A stretch of DNA of 64,000 nucleotides from an uncultured Methylophaga sp. (GCA_963975785.1 CAXBIM010000006.1:7448-71447), one strand, 5' to 3'. Shown: positions 28,054 through 37,718, numbered from the stretch's first letter. A program made the numbers and translations. Notes: generated by a model from the letters alone, not told the origin.

Positions 28054-29460
28054 TTATTTAACGTCATTCAAACTAACTTTATTTGATTGATTGCTGTAAT
28101 GTGGATCAGCTTTCATACCGTAAAGAGAGTAAGCACCGAAACGCATTTGGTGAGCACGACCTAATTTTTCTTTATAGAAATCAAGTGTAAATTGCTCTTC
28201 CATATTTTTACCATCCCAATGGAATAACTTCAGAAATTGGACATCTTTTTCACCTTTGTGATCCCAGTTAGCTAGTAAAGAAGTGGTGTAATATAAACGT
28301 GAATTGTCCCAGCTTGATGAAACCATATTGATTTGTTTACCAATATATTGTTCGTGAACAAGTTTAGGATTGTGTGGATCTGTAATATCATAACCACGCG
28401 TAGTTCCATCCATGAAGGTATTCACCCAAATCATAGAATCATCACTTGAGATAGAGAAATCAACTGGAAGTGGCACATCTGAAGGGTTTGCAACTGTACC
28501 AACTACCTCAGCTTTCCAACCGCCTTTTCCTTTTCCATCTTCTTCAATAAGCACGATTTCTGCAGTTAGTGCAGTAACAGTGAAGCAGTAATTATGTTCA
28601 GAGCCCCAGGCACATCTAAGTTCAAGTGGTGCACCTGCTACATCTAGTACTTGTTTAGGTTGACGTGTATGTAAATCCCACACCACAACAGTATTACCAA
28701 AACGCTTCATAGCTTCTTTATCACCAAGCATTTTGCCGAAGTCCATCATGTAGTTAGACCAACCAGTAAATGAAGAGGTAAACATTACGTTACGACGTGG
28801 TAATACTTGAATGTCGTAGCCATAACCATCTGCGAACTGCCCCGTTTTTTCAGCACCTTGTAAATTGCTGTCAGTAGGGATCCAGTAAGTATCTACGTAT
28901 TCACCTTCGTTGGTATATTCAACAAGAGCAGTACGTCCGCCATGATCTTGGTTGTTTGATAATGCAGTCCAAAGCATACGACCAGGCAAAGCATAAGGTG
29001 TATGCGGTCCGACTACGCCACCCGATTTACTTACAAAGTCATCAATGGTTTTTACGAGTTTTGGTTTTGCTGGATCTGTATAGACGTCAAAAACAAAGAT
29101 TTTGTTAGTATCTAAACCGCCTGCCCAAAGAAATTTACGATCATCGGTAAAACCTGAGTGATGAGCTTCATTTCGGCCACCAACAGAGGTGGAATTACGT
29201 ACCTTACCGTAATCTGTTGCATCTGGATTTACGGATACGGTGACTAACTTATCTTGACCATCACCCATTCCTTCAACACCTAATGTCCATACATAAACAA
29301 AGTCTTCTTGTCCTTGAATTTTAGCCATATAGGGGGACATACAGGTTTCATCTGCACTGACATTTGGTGCACCCATAACCAAAAGTGAGCTTACTAATAT
29401 TGGACTTAATATCTTTAATGCGGGCTTGAGTCTTTTTTTAATAGATTCAGTAACGTTCAT
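28054..29460 (-). CDS. mtoX: selenium-binding-protein (SBP56) family methanethiol oxidase-like
   Basis: 468 aa with a signal peptide and SBP56-like content throughout. Adjacent SCO1 and MauG functions match the published mtoX neighbourhood. Confidence 0.8.
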   Translation of the reverse strand: MNVTESIKKRLKPALKILSPILVSSLLVMGAPNVSADETCMSPYMAKIQGQEDFVYVWTLGVEGMGDGQDKLVTVSVNPDATDYGKVRNSTSVGGRNEAHHSGFTDDRKFLWAGGLDTNKIFVFDVYTDPAKPKLVKTIDDFVSKSGGVVGPHTPYALPGRMLWTALSNNQDHGGRTALVEYTNEGEYVDTYWIPTDSNLQGAEKTGQFADGYGYDIQVLPRRNVMFTSSFTGWSNYMMDFGKMLGDKEAMKRFGNTVVVWDLHTRQPKQVLDVAGAPLELRCAWGSEHNYCFTVTALTAEIVLIEEDGKGKGGWKAEVVGTVANPSDVPLPVDFSISSDDSMIWVNTFMDGTTRGYDITDPHNPKLVHEQYIGKQINMVSSSWDNSRLYYTTSLLANWDHKGEKDVQFLKLFHWDGKNMEEQFTLDFYKEKLGRAHQMRFGAYSLYGMKADPHYSNQSNKVSLNDVK

Positions 29461-29667
29461 TTTTCTCTCCTAATATCTAATCACTTATTCTTTATAAATC
29501 TCTAGTGAGGTTTGAAAGTAAATTAGATTGGTTTTTAGATAATTACATTTAATTGTTTTGAATAAGCAGTTAAAAAGATATAAAGGTATACGGGACACTA
29601 ATTAGTAGGCTAAACCTAATTAACAATAGCCTAATTACAAATATTTTAAGTGTTCTTACCTACCTTC

Positions 29668-29678
29668 ATACGTATATC
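29668..29678 (-). promoter_or_regulatory. TACGTA-box M2 (oriented toward mtoX)
   Basis: Minus-strand GATATACGTAT, an 11/11 match with M3. Confidence 0.45.
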
Positions 29679-29863
29679 AGCAAATCATATAATCAACTGA
29701 CATATGTCTTGCACTGCCAGTGTAGTGTTTTTGGGTAATAGAGTATTTAGGTATATATACTTATATATCGCTTGTTTCACATAAATTTGTTTGATGTCTA
29801 ATAAACAAGCTTGATAACATTTTTTAAAAAATTATCAATTGACTAATTCAGCCCATTAATTTG

Positions 29864-29882
29864 AGGGAAGATATACGTATAT
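29864..29882 (+). promoter_or_regulatory. TACGTA-box M3 (upstream of the tandem small paralogs)
   Basis: AGGGAAg-ATATACGTATAT, containing a perfect 12-bp palindrome. Confidence 0.5.
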
Positions 29883-29960
29883 GTTGAAATTAATAACAAC
29901 ACTATAATCAGAAGTCGTTGGTCGAGATAACACCGGTTTTGTCAATTAGGAACTCAAAAT

Positions 29961-30365
29961 ATGTTCGGACTAGAACTTATAAAACACAAAAGAAAACTGA
30001 CACAAAATTTCTCATTTTGTTTTTCTATCATCCATGACAGTTTAGGAAATGTTCCTGCTACGATTCAAAACGATGCTTTTGTTAATGGTGCAATTGTGGG
30101 GATTTGTGAAGACTATCTTCAAAAAAAGGGAATTGAAAAAGTGTCTTCTAAAGCACTCATTATAGATGCGGTGTTTGAAGAGATATATCGACGGGAATCC
30201 GTAAATGTTCAGACTCAAGTTGATGAATGGATAAAACAAAAAGATATGGTGTTTTTACGCGGCAATCAACAGGCAAATGATTACAACAACCATGATGAGA
30301 AATTGAAATGGTTATCTTTCTATACCGAACAGAACTTTGCGCGAGAAAATAACTTAATGTTGTAG
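29961..30365 (+). CDS. hypothetical protein, paralog 1 of tandem pair
   Basis: 134 aa. It shares MFGL..IKH.R.L...FS.CF....LGNVP.T.Q, DAVFE.I.RRESV.VQT with the next ORF. Confidence 0.65.
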   Translation: MFGLELIKHKRKLTQNFSFCFSIIHDSLGNVPATIQNDAFVNGAIVGICEDYLQKKGIEKVSSKALIIDAVFEEIYRRESVNVQTQVDEWIKQKDMVFLRGNQQANDYNNHDEKLKWLSFYTEQNFARENNLML

Positions 30366-30394
30366 TATAAAGTTGTAAATGAAAAGGAGATGTC

Positions 30395-30802
30395 ATGTTT
30401 GGTCTATCTGTCATAAAACATACACGGGTTTTGAGGAAAGCTTTTTCGGATTGTTTCTTACCTGTAAAAAATGATCTCGGTAATGTGCCGGTCACTATGC
30501 AGACTAGCAAAGTGATAACGGCGTCGATATTAGGCGTCTGTCGTGGTTACGCAGAAGGTCGAATAGACTATGAACCTGACTTTGAACTAATCGTCGATGC
30601 CGTATTTGAAGATATCTTTAGGCGTGAATCAGTGGAGGTACAGACACTAACTGAAGTTTGGTTACAAAATAATGATGATGAATTTATGCAATATTATTAT
30701 CAAGCTAAATCTACTGCAGTAAAGAGCCTAAATCTTAGTTGGCTTCAAGATATCGTATTACAGTCTTTTAAACCCACGCACACAGTGGTTTTTCCGCTTT
30801 AA
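30395..30802 (+). CDS. hypothetical protein, paralog 2 of tandem pair
   Basis: 135 aa with an aaggag RBS. It is a paralog of 29961..30365. Confidence 0.65.
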   Translation: MFGLSVIKHTRVLRKAFSDCFLPVKNDLGNVPVTMQTSKVITASILGVCRGYAEGRIDYEPDFELIVDAVFEDIFRRESVEVQTLTEVWLQNNDDEFMQYYYQAKSTAVKSLNLSWLQDIVLQSFKPTHTVVFPL

Positions 30803-30821
30803 ATATGAAATTTAATATTTT

Positions 30822-31649
30822 TTAAAATATAGTATCGATCATTTCATGCAATAGTTTTTTGGTGTCGTCATCATCCGTGATAGCATCAGCTATGCCACAT
30901 TTACAGGCTAAATTAGCTTCAAAACCACGATAAATGAGCTTTGCTGTATGTACCAGCAAACGGGTACTCGCGCCTTCTTCTAGGCCATTGCCTACTAAGT
31001 TTCGGGTCAGATTAGCTAATTTAACAAGATGTTTGCATGTTTGTATGGGGAGTTTCGACTCTTCATGAACGATGGTGCTTTCAATTTCTTCATTAGGATA
31101 GTTGAAATCAATAGCGATGAAACGTTGCCTTGTACTGGGTTTTAGATCTTTAACCGCACTTTGATAGCCGGGGTTGTAAGACATTGTTAGACAAAAGTCA
31201 GGGTCGGCTTGTATCAGTTGACCCAGCTTTTCAAGAGGCAGTATTCTTCTATCATCACATAGCGGATGAATAACGACAGTTGTATCTTTTCGAGCTTCAA
31301 CGATCTCATCTAAATAGCAAATACAACCATTTCTAACAGCTGTGGTTAATGGTCCATCTTGCCAAACAGTGCTGTTATCTTTTATTAAGTAACGTCCTAC
31401 TAGATCTGATGTACTTAAATCATCATGGCAAGAAACTGTGATAAGAGGCCTTTTATGAAACCAACTCATGTATTCCATGAAACGGGTTTTACCGCAGCCT
31501 GTTGGGCCTTTTAGTAGAATAGGAATCTTTTCAGATAAGGCCGCATTGAAAATTTCGACTTCATTAGACGAAGGCAAGTAGTAAGGCTCATTCTGGATAA
31601 AATATTCAGAATTATTGATGATTTTATTGTGTTTATTCATAGATGTCAT
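30822..31649 (-). CDS. NorQ/CbbQ/NirQ-type MoxR AAA+ ATPase
   Basis: Walker A ILLKGPTGCGKTRF, Walker B CYLDEIVE, 275 aa. Its start overlaps the stop of the upstream VWA gene. Confidence 0.85.
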   Translation of the reverse strand: MTSMNKHNKIINNSEYFIQNEPYYLPSSNEVEIFNAALSEKIPILLKGPTGCGKTRFMEYMSWFHKRPLITVSCHDDLSTSDLVGRYLIKDNSTVWQDGPLTTAVRNGCICYLDEIVEARKDTTVVIHPLCDDRRILPLEKLGQLIQADPDFCLTMSYNPGYQSAVKDLKPSTRQRFIAIDFNYPNEEIESTIVHEESKLPIQTCKHLVKLANLTRNLVGNGLEEGASTRLLVHTAKLIYRGFEANLACKCGIADAITDDDDTKKLLHEMIDTIF

Positions 31650-33739
31650 AACGTTAATTGCTTATAAATTGTAGAAATTTGAATAGGTAACATTGAAATA
31701 TCAGAAATTAATTTGTAATTATTTTTTCCGATCATATGAGGCAAATAGTCTATGCACTCTCGATCAAAGGTTAATACGAAGGGATTAAGCGAAAGCGCTT
31801 TTGCTTCATTGAATGCACGCCGCGTATCTTCAATCCCATAATGACCACGATAACTATCGATATCATCTGGCTTACCATCTGTCAGCACAAATAAAATTTT
31901 GGTCTTAGCGTCATTAGAGTTAAGAATTTTACTTAAATGGCGAATCGCGGTGCCCATGCGGGTATATTGTTTAGCCGTAAGACTGGCTATTTTTTGCTGT
32001 GTAGTCGCACTATAGTTTTCATTAAATCGTTTAACAGGGTAAATATCACACTGCTCACGGCCTGATCCAGAAAAGGCGTAGATAGCATATTGATCGTTTA
32101 ATTTTGATAGTGTGCGTGATAAGAGTTCGATAGATTGTTGAATTATTTCATTTTTCCAACCAGCCGTTGAACCACTAATGTCAACGGCGAACATAATGGC
32201 AATACTACGACTATTTTTATTATTTCTGATATATATATTTTGAAAATCGTCTGCATGTTGTGTTTTATTTGATTTTGCGTGCACCCAAGCGTCGATATCA
32301 ATATCATCACCATCACTCTGATAGCGGATAAGGCGCTGACTATTCATGATCATATCCAAGGTTTTTTTTATCCGGTATTCAGCGGATCGTAAATCAACAT
32401 CGCCTAATGCCAATTTTTCGTTGGTGTTAGGAGTAATTGAAATTTCTTCGACACGGCACCAATCATGACGGTACTGTTGGAGTGAGGTATCCCATTCTGG
32501 ATATAGATATACGTTTTTTTGGTTTTTATGATTTTGGAGTTTTTCATGCTCATTATGATGTTTAACTAGCACTTCATCGAGTTGCTCCCAGATATCAGGA
32601 TATTGTTGCTCTAGACTAGAAAAGGAACTTGCGTTGGAACTATGCCTTAAAGAAATACGATCAGCATTTTTGTTATCGATATTATTTTTACTATCATCCT
32701 TCTGAAGTTCGTCATTGTTATTAAAAAGATTCATTAAAATAGAAGGTTGTGTCTGTTCCTCATACTGAAAATGCAATAGTTTTTCAGGTGAAAAATCGCA
32801 TTGATAAGGAAGTGGTTCACAAAGTGTAATCTCAGTATTGGCATGCTCAACAATTTCTAGACTATGAAAAACACTGGGTTGAGCATGACCTTTGAAAACA
32901 TGATGAGGATATGGGGCAAGTTCTAACTTGTTGTGTAGATAAAGGATGTTATTCCAGATGCCTGGAAACTCATGCTTCAGATAATGATTGATTCTTAACG
33001 TCTCTATAGTACTGAAGTGATCTAGAAAATGATCATCATTAGTATGAATATCTTGTTTAATACGCTCTATGGCTAGGCCCGTATCACACTCAAGTTGCCC
33101 TAGAAGCTGAAAAATAATCACTTTAAACACTAAGTAATTATCAGCGAAATCATCAAATATGCTAATAGTTATGGGTAGGAATAGCTGCTTACCATCTGTA
33201 TATGCCTGTTGCTTGTCATTGGTATTAATAGGCAGGACTGTAAGTGATTGCCCTGAGATGGTGGAAGCAAGTTTCTCTAAGATTTCTGATACCTCAGAAA
33301 ACTCTGCCGCAGATGTATCCAATTGTGAAATAAAGTCATGGTAGTTATTAATTAGTGCGTCAGCGTTAGCGAATTCTTTATTAACTAATGCTTGTTTAAT
33401 TTGAGAAATCCAAGACTGATTATCTATGCTTTTCATTAAACTCAATGCAGGCGCGTAAATCCACAGTATCGAATAAGCATGAGTCACAGAAAGATCAGCA
33501 AGATCTGCAAGTTGAATCAGAAACTCTGACTGTAAGGAGTGGCTGAGAGCTGCTAACTCAGTGACGGGCTCAATAATATTTCGAGTATCAACGCCATCAA
33601 GTATCAATTCAATACGAATCTTTAGCTCAGTTGTACTCATGCCGCCACAAGAGCCCGTTTGCTTTGATTCTAGTGAGACGGTTTTCTTGATTCGTTTTTG
33701 TTCCAACCAGGTTGTCAGCCTTGAACTAATGGAATTCAT
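31646..33739 (-). CDS. NorD/CbbO-like von Willebrand factor A protein
   Basis: C-terminal VWA with MIDAS DISGS. The YPEWD...YRHDWCRVEE motif is typical of NorD-type proteins. 697 aa. Confidence 0.8.
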   Translation of the reverse strand: MNSISSRLTTWLEQKRIKKTVSLESKQTGSCGGMSTTELKIRIELILDGVDTRNIIEPVTELAALSHSLQSEFLIQLADLADLSVTHAYSILWIYAPALSLMKSIDNQSWISQIKQALVNKEFANADALINNYHDFISQLDTSAAEFSEVSEILEKLASTISGQSLTVLPINTNDKQQAYTDGKQLFLPITISIFDDFADNYLVFKVIIFQLLGQLECDTGLAIERIKQDIHTNDDHFLDHFSTIETLRINHYLKHEFPGIWNNILYLHNKLELAPYPHHVFKGHAQPSVFHSLEIVEHANTEITLCEPLPYQCDFSPEKLLHFQYEEQTQPSILMNLFNNNDELQKDDSKNNIDNKNADRISLRHSSNASSFSSLEQQYPDIWEQLDEVLVKHHNEHEKLQNHKNQKNVYLYPEWDTSLQQYRHDWCRVEEISITPNTNEKLALGDVDLRSAEYRIKKTLDMIMNSQRLIRYQSDGDDIDIDAWVHAKSNKTQHADDFQNIYIRNNKNSRSIAIMFAVDISGSTAGWKNEIIQQSIELLSRTLSKLNDQYAIYAFSGSGREQCDIYPVKRFNENYSATTQQKIASLTAKQYTRMGTAIRHLSKILNSNDAKTKILFVLTDGKPDDIDSYRGHYGIEDTRRAFNEAKALSLNPFVLTFDRECIDYLPHMIGKNNYKLISDISMLPIQISTIYKQLTL

Positions 33740-33901
33740 TAGGAAAATCCCGTGAAAAATATTCTTACAAAGGATTCTAGAGCAGTGTGCTGAGTAAACG
33801 TTATTAGTATTTGTACTATGAACAATAAAGGGTAAATCAGGGTAATGGTGTTTATAAATAAGGGATTAGTCGAAGTTTGCAGAAGAGAAAGGTTTATGTG
33901 T

Positions 33902-33919
33902 AGGGATATATACGTATTT
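33902..33919 (+). promoter_or_regulatory. TACGTA-box M4 (norD-like / alkB-like divergent region)
   Basis: AGGGAT-at-ATACGTAT-TT. Confidence 0.5.
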
Positions 33920-34043
33920 CAATAATGATTACAGAAACATAAAGTTTTAGTCAGTTGGAATATTTTCGACTACAGCATTTTGGTGGTGAAACCCAACAAA
34001 ATAAGTACGTTTATAAAAATAGAAGGCAGAACGGAGAGAGAAT

Positions 34044-35225
34044 ATGAAAAAAATATTAATTAATATTCGGTATTTTATGGCACCGATACTCATTCTGGTG
34101 AGTATGGTCGGTGTACTTATCGGCGGGCCATTAGTATGGACCGGTGTTGTGTTATTCGGCGTAGGTATTTTACTAGATACTCTCAGTATGCCACTGCATA
34201 CTAAAGGTGCAGGATTTGATGACAATGGAGAGACAAACGGCTTCGCAGGATTACAAAATGCAGTGATGTACATAATGTTACCTGTATTTGCACTTTTGCA
34301 AATTGCAATGGCATGGCGTGTATTTCAGTACGTAAATGGAGTTCCAATTGAACCTGGTATGTTTATGGGTATTCCAATTCAAATGGGAATTTCAGGTGCA
34401 GAATTAATTGGCGCAACGCTATCTACGGGTATATTCGCAGGTATCGGCATTATCTACGGACATGAGCTAGCTCATACCAAAGGTTTTAGTTTCGTTATCT
34501 CTAGACTGATGATGGGATTAAGTGGCTCTGCACATTTTTGCTACGCACATGTATACAACCACCATTTAGAACTAGCTCATCAAGATGATCCAGCAACATC
34601 TCCACGTGGACGTAGTATCTATAAACATTTTTGGCTATCACATATGGGGCAGTCAAAGTTTTTATACAAAATGGAAGAGAAACGTCTAAAAAAACTTGGT
34701 AAATCATTTATTTCATTAGAGAACCGTTGGATACGTGGTTACTTCATGAGTTTGCCAACTATGATTTTATTCACATGGGTTGGTGGACCAATTGGGATTG
34801 CTTGCGTATTTCTAATTTGGACAGTATCAAACTTTGAATTAGAAGCGTTGAACTACATGGAACATTATGGCCTTATTCGTGAAAAAGGTCAGCCTATCGA
34901 TTATCGCCATTCATGGGATAACGACAACCTTTTCACTAGCTGGTTCTTTATTGAAATTGGTCGCCAAGGTGATCACCACGACCGAGGCGAAACGCACTTT
35001 TGGGAATTAGATGAAGTGGGCTCTCCAAATCCTGGTTGGGGCTACTTTACAGAACTAACCGTCGCATTAATTCCACCTTTATGGCACTCCGTTTACAAGA
35101 GAAAATTAGCTACTTGGGATAGAGATTTTGCCTCTGAAGGTGAACGGGCGATAGCTGCTCGTATCAATGCCGAAGTGGGGTATGAAGTAAACGACACCCC
35201 AGGATCCTACGCAAAAATAGGATAA
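34044..35225 (+). CDS. AlkB/XylM-family integral-membrane non-haem di-iron monooxygenase
   Basis: His boxes HELAH, HVYNHH and GDHHD, the NYMEHYG motif, and DPATSPRGRSIY after box 2. Multiple TM segments. Confidence 0.88.
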   Translation: MKKILINIRYFMAPILILVSMVGVLIGGPLVWTGVVLFGVGILLDTLSMPLHTKGAGFDDNGETNGFAGLQNAVMYIMLPVFALLQIAMAWRVFQYVNGVPIEPGMFMGIPIQMGISGAELIGATLSTGIFAGIGIIYGHELAHTKGFSFVISRLMMGLSGSAHFCYAHVYNHHLELAHQDDPATSPRGRSIYKHFWLSHMGQSKFLYKMEEKRLKKLGKSFISLENRWIRGYFMSLPTMILFTWVGGPIGIACVFLIWTVSNFELEALNYMEHYGLIREKGQPIDYRHSWDNDNLFTSWFFIEIGRQGDHHDRGETHFWELDEVGSPNPGWGYFTELTVALIPPLWHSVYKRKLATWDRDFASEGERAIAARINAEVGYEVNDTPGSYAKIG

Positions 35226-35241
35226 GTCTAAAAGCATACTT

Positions 35242-35270
35242 GGTTGAGGCAGAAACGTGCCTCAACCATT
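35242..35270 (+). terminator. hairpin after alkB-like gene (attenuator/terminator-like)
   Basis: ggttgaggc-agaaacgt-gcctcaacc with a weak T tract. Confidence 0.35.
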
Positions 35271-35295
35271 TACCTAAAAATTCAGGAGAACAGCG

Positions 35296-35658
35296 ATGAG
35301 TGATGAAGTTTTATATGACAGATTAGGTGGGCATGACGCCATAGCGAAATTAGCACGCACTGTTTTCAACAATCACTGTGCTAACGAAGTAATTAAAAAC
35401 AGGTATGTAAAAAGCGATCCAGAAAATGTTGTACAAAAAGTTACCGAGTTCATGTGTGCAGGGTTTGGCGGAAAAGAAGCGTACACCGGTGAAGATATGT
35501 TAACTGCACATACAGGAATGAATATTTCTGATGAGGAGTTTAATGCAGTTATCGAAGATGTAATGAAAGCATTGGATACGCATAGTGCTGGGCAAAGAGA
35601 GAAAGATGAAATCTTAGCCGCACTATGGTCTATGCGTGCTGAAATTGTTCATGTCTAA
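35296..35658 (+). CDS. truncated (2-on-2) globin, cytoplasmic
   Basis: LYDRLGG start and a proximal His in MLTAHTGMNISDEEF. 120 aa. Confidence 0.8.
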   Translation: MSDEVLYDRLGGHDAIAKLARTVFNNHCANEVIKNRYVKSDPENVVQKVTEFMCAGFGGKEAYTGEDMLTAHTGMNISDEEFNAVIEDVMKALDTHSAGQREKDEILAALWSMRAEIVHV

Positions 35659-35678
35659 ATTAATTTAAGGGGAATAAC

Positions 35679-35858
35679 GTGAAAGTAAATTGGGATGAAA
35701 ACGTATGTCAACATGCCGGAGTATGCGTCACTAATTACTCATCATTATACAAGATTGAAGATGGTCAGTTTGTGATTACTACCGAAAATGCGACCGAAGA
35801 ATTAATAAGAGAAAGTATCTCAAACTGTCCATCAGGTGCACTAAAAATCGAAGATTAA
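35679..35858 (+). CDS. small divergent mono-cluster ferredoxin-like protein (not in ORF track)
   Basis: 59 aa, GTG start after an aagggg RBS: VKVNWDENVCQHAGVCV...SNCPSGALKIED. It has the CxHxxxC...CP pattern. Confidence 0.6.
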   Translation: MKVNWDENVCQHAGVCVTNYSSLYKIEDGQFVITTENATEELIRESISNCPSGALKIED

Positions 35859-35906
35859 AACATTTTAAACCTAAAAATATAAAAAATAAAAATAGGAGAG
35901 AGAGCA

Positions 35907-36593
35907 ATGGCGATAGGCGATCATTTAGCAGACGTAAAAGTTTTATATGGTGTAGCAGGTTGTTCTAATACAAGTAAAAGCTTGTTTGCTGCAGCGGAAA
36001 AAGGAATGGATATCGAAGGTAAAGCTGTAGATGTTAATTCAGAAGCAGAAATGGCTGCAATTAAGGCTATTTCACCTTTCAGTACATTACCCGTATTAAA
36101 AGATGTCGATTTTTATGTGTTTGGTATTGAGGCAATATTATCTTATATAGATGATAAGGGGTTTGGTAACTCCTTAGTCCCTAGGAATGGTGTTGCTAGA
36201 GCTCAGCAATACCAATGGATACATATTGCCCAGCATGTATTGTCACCTGCAGTAAAAAAACTTAGTGAAGGCAGCTCTGACACAGCAGATTTAGAAGCAA
36301 TTAAAGGTATTTTGTCCATGCTCGAAGAGCAACTGAATACTCGGGGTAAACGTGGTGACTACATTGTTGGTGAACTCAGCTTAGCAGACATTCATTGGGC
36401 ACCCTATATCCACAATTGTTGCTTGTATGGCCACGAGGCATTAATTGATTCTTTGCCTGGCGTTAAATCTTGGTGGTCAAAAATGAAAGTAAGAAAAAGT
36501 ACAAGTAAAGAAAATTATGTCGCTTTCACTGTCATGCCATCACTTGATGAAATTAAAAACAATAAATTACGTTCGGTCAGCATTAATAACTGA
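35907..36593 (+). CDS. divergent GST-fold protein (paralog 1 of 3)
   Basis: Thioredoxin-like N-domain (FSTLPVLKDVDFYVFGIEAILSYID) and a helical C-domain (ELSLADIHWAPYIH). Confidence 0.65.
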   Translation: MAIGDHLADVKVLYGVAGCSNTSKSLFAAAEKGMDIEGKAVDVNSEAEMAAIKAISPFSTLPVLKDVDFYVFGIEAILSYIDDKGFGNSLVPRNGVARAQQYQWIHIAQHVLSPAVKKLSEGSSDTADLEAIKGILSMLEEQLNTRGKRGDYIVGELSLADIHWAPYIHNCCLYGHEALIDSLPGVKSWWSKMKVRKSTSKENYVAFTVMPSLDEIKNNKLRSVSINN

Positions 36594-36632
36594 TCTTCTG
36601 CTACGTAAATTTCAATAGGTAAAATAAAAATC

Positions 36633-37718
36633 ATGTTTGGATTCTTCAAAAATAAAAAGCAAGACTACGAAGTTAAAATAAATTCGGTAGACACGCTGAT
36701 TGTTAGGGCAGGCGATAATTTATTGAAAGCAGCATTAGAAGCCGATATCGCTTGGCCACATGATTGCCGCGTTGGTAGTTGTGGAAAGTGTAAATGTAAG
36801 TTAATTGATGGAAAAATAAAACCACTCGCAGATTTTAGTTATGTATTGGAAGGTGAAGATATCAGAGAAGGCTACATTTTGGCCTGCCAAACACAATTAA
36901 AATCAGATATTTCTATTGATGTTGAATTACTCAGTGATAGTGAAAAGCAGAGTCACTGGGAAGCGGATGCTGTTATCACAGAAATCAATGATCTTACGCA
37001 CGACATTAAAGAGATTATTGTCGTGATTGATGCAGCCGACTTGCCTCAAGGAGTAGAACTCTACAAGGCTGGTCAGTACGCAGACCTTAAAGTACCGGAA
37101 GTAGAAACGGGTAGGAATTATTCATTTGCGTCTGCACCAAAGTCGGGCCAGAACAAATTTAGGTTTTATATCAGAGAAGTACCTGGTGGCGAGTTTACCG
37201 GTTGGCTATTTAAGCAAGACCGTACCGGTCAAGCTTTAAAAATGTCTGGACCATATGGCTTGTTTGGTTTGAAAGAAGATCCTGTTGCAATGACATGTGT
37301 TGCTGGTGGCAGTGGAATGAGTGCGATTATTAGTGTCTTAGAGCAGGCATTAATATCCGGATTGAAGAGAGATGTACGTTTCTTATTTGGGGCAAGAACG
37401 CAAGCAGATCTTTATTGTGAAGACTTAATTCAGCAACTTGCAACCCATTGGGAAAAACAAAATCTCGGTTCATTCCAATATATTCCATGTTTATCACAAG
37501 AGCCAGAAGATAGCTCTTGGCAGGGTAGGAGAGGCTCCTGTATTGAGTACATTGTTGAAGACAATATTGAACTTTCAGGCCAAGCCTATCTTTGTGGGCC
37601 ACCAGGAATGATAGACGCAGCAATAGACGTTTTTGTAAACAACGGCATAACTGATGATGGAATATTTTTTGATAAATTTCTTGATAAAAGTAATACCCAC
37701 CCAGTTACAAATGCCTAG
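36633..37718 (+). CDS. XylA/MmoC-type oxidoreductase ([2Fe-2S] ferredoxin + FNR-like FAD/NAD domains)
   Basis: CRVGSCGKCKC...ACQT plant-type cluster, RNYSFAS FAD motif, AGGSGMSA NAD motif. Confidence 0.88.
   Translation: MFGFFKNKKQDYEVKINSVDTLIVRAGDNLLKAALEADIAWPHDCRVGSCGKCKCKLIDGKIKPLADFSYVLEGEDIREGYILACQTQLKSDISIDVELLSDSEKQSHWEADAVITEINDLTHDIKEIIVVIDAADLPQGVELYKAGQYADLKVPEVETGRNYSFASAPKSGQNKFRFYIREVPGGEFTGWLFKQDRTGQALKMSGPYGLFGLKEDPVAMTCVAGGSGMSAIISVLEQALISGLKRDVRFLFGARTQADLYCEDLIQQLATHWEKQNLGSFQYIPCLSQEPEDSSWQGRRGSCIEYIVEDNIELSGQAYLCGPPGMIDAAIDVFVNNGITDDGIFFDKFLDKSNTHPVTNA

Noticed and set aside
30822-33739. Reading norQ/norD as part of a denitrification NO reductase locus
   Set aside because: No norC, norB or other denitrification genes are in the window. 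The pair shares a promoter region with the AlkB-like operon instead.
33947-34273. 108-aa minus-strand ORF overlapping the alkB-like start
   Set aside because: It is antisense to the first TM helices of a well-supported gene and extends into the shared promoter region. I take it as spurious.
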